Assembly (NCBI GenBank): GCA_017510245.1
Contig: JAFWNQ010000014.1
Span: 26,499-90,498, forward strand
Length of the DNA: 64,000 bases
Reading direction: 5' to 3'
Source of the DNA: Clostridia bacterium
Lineage (GTDB): Bacteria; Bacillota; Clostridia; TANB77; CAG-508
Part shown: positions 59,611-64,000 of the stretch, piece by piece
Numbering within the stretch: the first letter of the stretch is position 1
Layout: each line of letters opens with the position of its first letter
Notes under the pieces: generated by a model
The model's database searches: none
Seen by the model: only the letters and a program-made list of their open reading frames with translations
Told to the model about the DNA's origin: nothing
Program-made: the position numbers and the translations under genes

Positions 59611-60153
59611 TTAATCTACTTTTATAGCTTGTACGCATAATCTTTTGCTTTTTTGATTTTTTATGCAAGTTATTAAAGTAATCTTCTCTTCTCCAGTATC
59701 TTCTAATAAAGTCCAATCAGTTTCATCTATAACTTTTATATTATCCACTATATAATGTTTCTCGAAAAAATCCGTTTTATATACTATGTTGTCTCCATTT
59801 TGTAGTTGGTTTATTTTAGCAAAATAAGAATATTTATTTCCTCTATTATGCGCTGCTAAACAGACATTTCCATCATAGATTGGAGTTTCTTCAATATGTC
59901 CTATATAATCTTTAAGAATATCTTTTGTACTTCCTTCTTTTATCTTGCCAACTAGTTGTATTTTTTTAATTTCTAAAGTTCCTATTATTTCATCATTTAA
60001 TTCATCTATTTTGTTTTCTTCTTCCAAATTTTCAGATATTTGATTAATCCTTTCTCCTTCGTTCAAAATGTCTTTTTTAGAGTTCGATAAATTACCTATT
60101 ATTATAATTGCCATAATAATAGTTACTATCATTAATACTTTTATTCTTTTCAA
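59611..60153 (-). CDS. Sortase family transpeptidase
   Basis: N-terminal TM helix, LAAHN, catalytic TLITC, downstream Arg (KRLCVQAIKV). Confidence 0.85.
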   Translation of the reverse strand: MKRIKVLMIVTIIMAIIIIGNLSNSKKDILNEGERINQISENLEEENKIDELNDEIIGTLEIKKIQLVGKIKEGSTKDILKDYIGHIEETPIYDGNVCLAAHNRGNKYSYFAKINQLQNGDNIVYKTDFFEKHYIVDNIKVIDETDWTLLEDTGEEKITLITCIKNQKSKRLCVQAIKVD

Positions 60154-60201
60154 TAATTCTCCTTTCTGTAATTTTTATATATGGAATAGTTAAGAAAAAA
60201 T

Positions 60202-61788
60202 TTATTTTTTATAATAGATAATATAATCAGAATCATCACAATTCATAACAATCTCATATTCTGATAAAACTTTTGAATCAATTTTTTTAGGGATAATTAT
60301 TTTTTTATTATCCTCTTCTTTTTGAATAAAATCACTTTCATTTTCTAAGCTTTTTATCAACTCGTCTATTATGCTTTCATCTTCATTAAAATCATTAATA
60401 TTCATAATCCTATATCCTTCTATCTGTTTTATTCTTATTTTGCTTATGTTTTTGTTATTCAGGTCTATTATTTCTTTTCCAATGATTTCTTTTGTATCAT
60501 AATCTACATATGTTATTTCTTTAATATTATTTATATCTTCGTTTATTTTTTTATTATCTTCCTTGATATAATAATAGATTACCTCATCTTTTGCATTACT
60601 AATTGTTCCTTCTTTATTATCAGGAATCTTTTTTAATTTGTAGCCTTCTATAATTTTTTCTTCTGTATTATACTTATTATTAATTCTGTCCTCTATCACA
60701 ACACTATCCGAAATTTCATTGTTCGTTTCAATGTCTATATATTTAACATTGATAATTCCTTTTGGTATTTCGTTATAATATATATTAAGTACATTATATT
60801 CATCATTCATTTTTACATTTGTTTTACTTTTTTCATATGTATATCCATCAATTTTCTCAGCATTAATACTAATAAATTGACCTTGTACTCCAGAAATGCT
60901 CCTTGATTCTTTAAGCTTTTTTCCTGTTAGTCTATCTATATAGTTTACCAGAATAGTTGCATTTTTAGCATACTCATATATTATATTTGTTTTTTCTTTT
61001 TTTAGAACTCCAGATTCTTTACCTATTGTATTTACTAGCTGATAACCATCAATTTGCTTACTCTTAACTTCATATTCTTGATTTGCATAACCACTTATTA
61101 TTTCTTCAACATCAATTTCAGATTTTGTATTTGTATCTATATATTTAACACTTACTCCTTCAGATGGTAATTCTAATTTAAAAGTTTTATTTTTAGAAAA
61201 ATTATTTTCATTATCACATGTTTTTATATGTAAATAATAATTCTTATTCCAGTCTAGTTTTTGTTCTAATATTGGCTTATTGTCTAACTTATTAATTTGA
61301 TTATCTGCTTCATTTTCTTCTGTATTATCAATTATATAGCTATATCCTTTTATGTCACTTTTTGAATACATCGCTATCTTTTTCTCTTTTTCTTTATTAG
61401 TAATATAATAATTATAACTAGTTCCATTATCTTTTGGTATTTCAAAACTAATAATCATATTATCCTCTAGCACTTTTGTATCTATTTTTTCCACACTATT
61501 AGGGGCTGCTTTGTCCTTTAAGTCTATAGAAATTTTGTTATTAAAAAACTGATTAGTATTGTTTTTTATTATGTTATCTTCACAAGAGTTTTCTCCATCG
61601 TTACAGCTTACTGATCTTATCTGGCTTCCTTTTGAATACTTTATTTGAGTTATCTCATTATTCTTTTCTTTTGTAATAATTGCCACTTCTTTTGCTAACA
61701 TTTTTTGATTGAATACTAGTATACTAGAAATTAACAAGGTAGTAAGTGCACAAGATATCTTTAGTATTTGTTTTGCTGAATACTTCAT
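60202..61788 (-). CDS. Secreted protein with several MucBP-like repeats
   Basis: Signal peptide MKYSAKQILKISCALTTLLISSILV. Repeats V(K/N)YID..T..E(I/L)...GY(Q/T/K)L. Start at ATG 61786-61788 after AAAGGAGA. No LPxTG. Confidence 0.6.
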   Translation of the reverse strand: MKYSAKQILKISCALTTLLISSILVFNQKMLAKEVAIITKEKNNEITQIKYSKGSQIRSVSCNDGENSCEDNIIKNNTNQFFNNKISIDLKDKAAPNSVEKIDTKVLEDNMIISFEIPKDNGTSYNYYITNKEKEKKIAMYSKSDIKGYSYIIDNTEENEADNQINKLDNKPILEQKLDWNKNYYLHIKTCDNENNFSKNKTFKLELPSEGVSVKYIDTNTKSEIDVEEIISGYANQEYEVKSKQIDGYQLVNTIGKESGVLKKEKTNIIYEYAKNATILVNYIDRLTGKKLKESRSISGVQGQFISINAEKIDGYTYEKSKTNVKMNDEYNVLNIYYNEIPKGIINVKYIDIETNNEISDSVVIEDRINNKYNTEEKIIEGYKLKKIPDNKEGTISNAKDEVIYYYIKEDNKKINEDINNIKEITYVDYDTKEIIGKEIIDLNNKNISKIRIKQIEGYRIMNINDFNEDESIIDELIKSLENESDFIQKEEDNKKIIIPKKIDSKVLSEYEIVMNCDDSDYIIYYKK

Positions 61789-61827
61789 AGGCATTCTCCT
61801 TTCTAGAATCAATTATAATACGGAGAT

Positions 61828-61845
61828 TATATCCGGCCGGATATA
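61828..61845. promoter_or_regulatory. Perfect 18-bp palindrome upstream of the MucBP gene (operator-like)
   Basis: TATATCCGGCCGGATATA sits ~40 nt upstream of the start codon. Its GC core stands out in an AT-rich spacer. Confidence 0.4.
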
Positions 61846-61953
61846 AAAGAATTTAACAACTTTTTCCAAAATATGGTTAAGTCAGATTATATTATGTTTT
61901 AATCTAAAAGTCAATAGTTTTTTTGGAATATTTTAACATTTTTGTAATTGTTT

Positions 61954-61976
61954 AAAGGCGACCTCTGGTCGCCTTT
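61954..61976 (-). terminator. Terminator after the zinc-ribbon membrane protein gene
   Basis: AAAGGCGACC-TCT-GGTCGCCTTT. Confidence 0.65.
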
Positions 61977-61983
61977 AATCCTT

Positions 61984-63438
61984 CTATTTTGTTTCTACTT
62001 TATCTTTTTTCTTATCTGCCATTTGCTCTATATAACTCTTTTTTGCTACTCCAGCTACTCTCTTATTGTTTGCGTTTTTCATGCTTGAATCTCTTAATCC
62101 TTTTTCATGTTTTACAAAATTATCAACTTTTCTTAAATTAGTTAGATCTGTTTTGGTTTCTTTTTCATGACTATGTCTAGCACCTTTGTTTCTGTATTTT
62201 CCATATATTATAGCAAAATAAACAAATCCTGCTAACAAAAAGATCCATGGCCAGTCTTCATCATTACTTGAATTTCCTAAAACTATCGCTGCTATAAGAC
62301 CTAGTAACTCAACTATAGCTGATACAAATAATAACTTTGGCATATGTATTGGAACACTTCCCATGGTTTCTTTTGTCCTTGCATTTACAGCAACATAGTG
62401 TAATAAACTATTTTCACCTTTCTTTTGTTGATAACTATATAGCCAAACTGGTAGATAAGCTGCTTTCCACTGTTGTCCTTTAATATCTAGTTCTTCCTTG
62501 TCCCATCTAACACCGCGATCATAAAACTCTAAAGATTTATTAGCTGCAAATCTAGCTATATCTTTTGATTGTTCTTCCACTAATCCTTTTAGTTGAGTAA
62601 CATTTGTATCTCTTTTTTCTGATGTATATCCCTTTATGTAATTTGAATCCCATTTTACACAGTTTTCTGTATCAAATGGCATTATTGAATTAATAATATT
62701 ATTAGTTTTATCTTTAGATTGTGTATCTAATTTATCAGCACTTGATTCAACAGTTAACCCATCTATAGTCAAGTCAAATTCTCTTTCAACATCATACAAA
62801 TCTGCATCATAATATGTTTTTTCCTTATCGCCACTACCTACTGTATATTTTCTTACTAAGTGTTCCCCTTGTCCAGATAAATTTGCATGTGTATTAGCAT
62901 CAACAATCATATATGGAAGATAAACTCCCATAACATTTTCTGCAGTAAACTCTTTTTTAAATTTAGGATGTGCATAAAATTTTCTTTTTCCAACAAATTT
63001 ATTAATTGCATCCTTTGCCTCGTTTTTAGGAATTTTAAATGGTAATACGACATCAGGAACAGCTCCATTTGGTATTTGTTGATTAACAGATAATGTATTT
63101 CTACACCAGTGGCATCTAGCTTGTGTTGACTGAGAAGTATCAACAACTACTTCTGCTCCACAACTGCTGCACTTAAAAGTTATCATGTCTTCTGAATCAG
63201 CTACTATATCTTGTGCACCAGAACCCATATATTCACCTTCAAGTTTACTTAAGTCTTTTTCTCCTACTTCAACTTTTTCTGGTTCAAACTCATGTCTACA
63301 AAAATTACATCTCAATTTACCATTTTTTACACTTAGCGATATATCTGTTGAACCACATTTAGGACATTTATTTTGACCATCCTTTGCTCCAATATCTGTT
63401 TCTACAATTGTTGGTTCATTGTTTTCTTTTTCTTCCAT
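61984..63438 (-). CDS. Double zinc-ribbon protein with C-terminal TM helices (YdjG/YdjH-like fusion)
   Basis: CPKCGS...CNFCRHEF and CSSCGA...CHWCRNTL ribbons, two C-terminal TM helices. Start at ATG 63436-63438 (MEEKEN) after GGAGT. Confidence 0.55.
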   Translation of the reverse strand: MEEKENNEPTIVETDIGAKDGQNKCPKCGSTDISLSVKNGKLRCNFCRHEFEPEKVEVGEKDLSKLEGEYMGSGAQDIVADSEDMITFKCSSCGAEVVVDTSQSTQARCHWCRNTLSVNQQIPNGAVPDVVLPFKIPKNEAKDAINKFVGKRKFYAHPKFKKEFTAENVMGVYLPYMIVDANTHANLSGQGEHLVRKYTVGSGDKEKTYYDADLYDVEREFDLTIDGLTVESSADKLDTQSKDKTNNIINSIMPFDTENCVKWDSNYIKGYTSEKRDTNVTQLKGLVEEQSKDIARFAANKSLEFYDRGVRWDKEELDIKGQQWKAAYLPVWLYSYQQKKGENSLLHYVAVNARTKETMGSVPIHMPKLLFVSAIVELLGLIAAIVLGNSSNDEDWPWIFLLAGFVYFAIIYGKYRNKGARHSHEKETKTDLTNLRKVDNFVKHEKGLRDSSMKNANNKRVAGVAKKSYIEQMADKKKDKVETK

Positions 63439-63474
63439 TTTTACTCCATTCCGGGTCAATTATCCCTATAAATT

Positions 63475-63520
63475 AAAAGGGTTAATGGGGTATTATAATA
63501 TGCGTCCCATTAACCCTTTT
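63475..63520 (-). terminator. Hairpin/terminator after the SPFH-SHOCT gene
   Basis: 15-bp stem AAAAGGGTTAATGGG / CCCATTAACCCTTTT with a 16-nt loop. Confidence 0.55.
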
Positions 63521-63533
63521 GCATATGTATTAA

Positions 63534-64000
63534 TTATAATCCTAATAATTGAGCTTTAGCTTTGTCAAATTCTTCTTGAGATATAACTCCATCATCTAAA
63601 AGTTTTTTCATTTTAGCTAATTTTTCATAAGGATCTTCTTGTTGTGCTTGTGGTTGTTGATCTGCAGGTGTCTCTTGTTGCATTGGTTGTTGTTCCATAG
63701 GTTGTTGTTGTTGATTAAATTGTAGGCTTGGATTTGAATATGGTTGTTGTTGTTGCATACCACCCATTACACCATTTGCTGCATTTACACCCATTCCCAT
63801 GAATGCCATTCCAGCTCCTCCACCATTTTCTCCTGCTGCTTGCATTCCACGTGCAACAGCTTGTTGTTGGAATGAATTTCCTCTTGCTCCTGATAGAGCA
63901 TCTGCTTTTTTAACATCGCTTAATAGAGCTTTAGTATCATCATCATATTCAATTGCTTGGATAGCGACTTTAACAATTTCTAATCCTCTATCTGTTTTCC
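63534..64000 (-). CDS. SPFH-domain (YdjI-like) protein with Gln/Met-rich linker and C-terminal SHOCT domain; 5' end lies beyond window end
   Basis: The frame is open to position 64000 (…TDRGLEIVKVAIQAIEYDDDTKALLSDVKKADALSGARGNSFQQQAVARGMQAAG…). The C-terminus LLDDGVISQEEFDKAKAQLLGL is a SHOCT motif. Confidence 0.6.
   Translation of the reverse strand, partial: KTDRGLEIVKVAIQAIEYDDDTKALLSDVKKADALSGARGNSFQQQAVARGMQAAGENGGGAGMAFMGMGVNAANGVMGGMQQQQPYSNPSLQFNQQQQPMEQQPMQQETPADQQPQAQQEDPYEKLAKMKKLLDDGVISQEEFDKAKAQLLGL

Noticed and set aside
62907-63146. The 79-aa minus-strand ORF nested within the zinc-ribbon gene in another frame.
   Set aside because: It is fully embedded in a longer ORF with clear zinc-ribbon motifs. 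It has no RBS and a low-complexity translation.

Overview
This is a very AT-rich, Clostridia-like chromosome segment from a spore-former (spoIIIAA, cotJABC, a SpoIVFB-like M50 protease). Almost every gene is on the minus strand; only rnhA and a small XRE regulator are on plus. The backbone is housekeeping: yebC, ugd, galE, split transketolase, obg, trpS, mutS, miaB, rpmE, rpmF, relA, recJ, tmcAL, rnhA, pyk. Accessory envelope genes are interleaved with it. Four things stand out. (1) The only in-frame CGG codons I found in native genes sit at three sites, and each is exactly where an ORF breaks and resumes in the +1 frame on a GGN glycine codon. Two sites are in prepilin-like surface proteins and one is in a polytopic membrane protein. 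This suggests CGG-triggered +1 recoding, or a very specific C-insertion bias. (2) A dispersed family of five intact genes plus one decayed copy shares a prepilin-like N-terminus that lacks Glu5, (K/N/T)G-ITLIALVVTIIVLLILAG, fused to different adhesin-like C-terminal domains. No pilus machinery is in the window. (3) Three single-gene islets are visibly GC-richer than their surroundings, each with its own promoter and terminator. One encodes a DUF1874 (AcrIII-1/Crn2 ring-nuclease family) protein with no CRISPR context. (4) Other items: an orphan PP2C phosphatase fused to a large unknown domain in a three-gene operon, an IS200/RAYT-like Y1 transposase flanked by inverted decamer arrays, a 116-nt near-perfect palindromic element between rpmE and miaB, a membrane nuclease with a translationally coupled acidic partner, and a sortase locus whose thioester adhesin ends right after LPRTG. 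I saw no CRISPR array, rRNA or reverse transcriptase. All homology calls come from motif recognition by eye and need HMM or BLAST confirmation.
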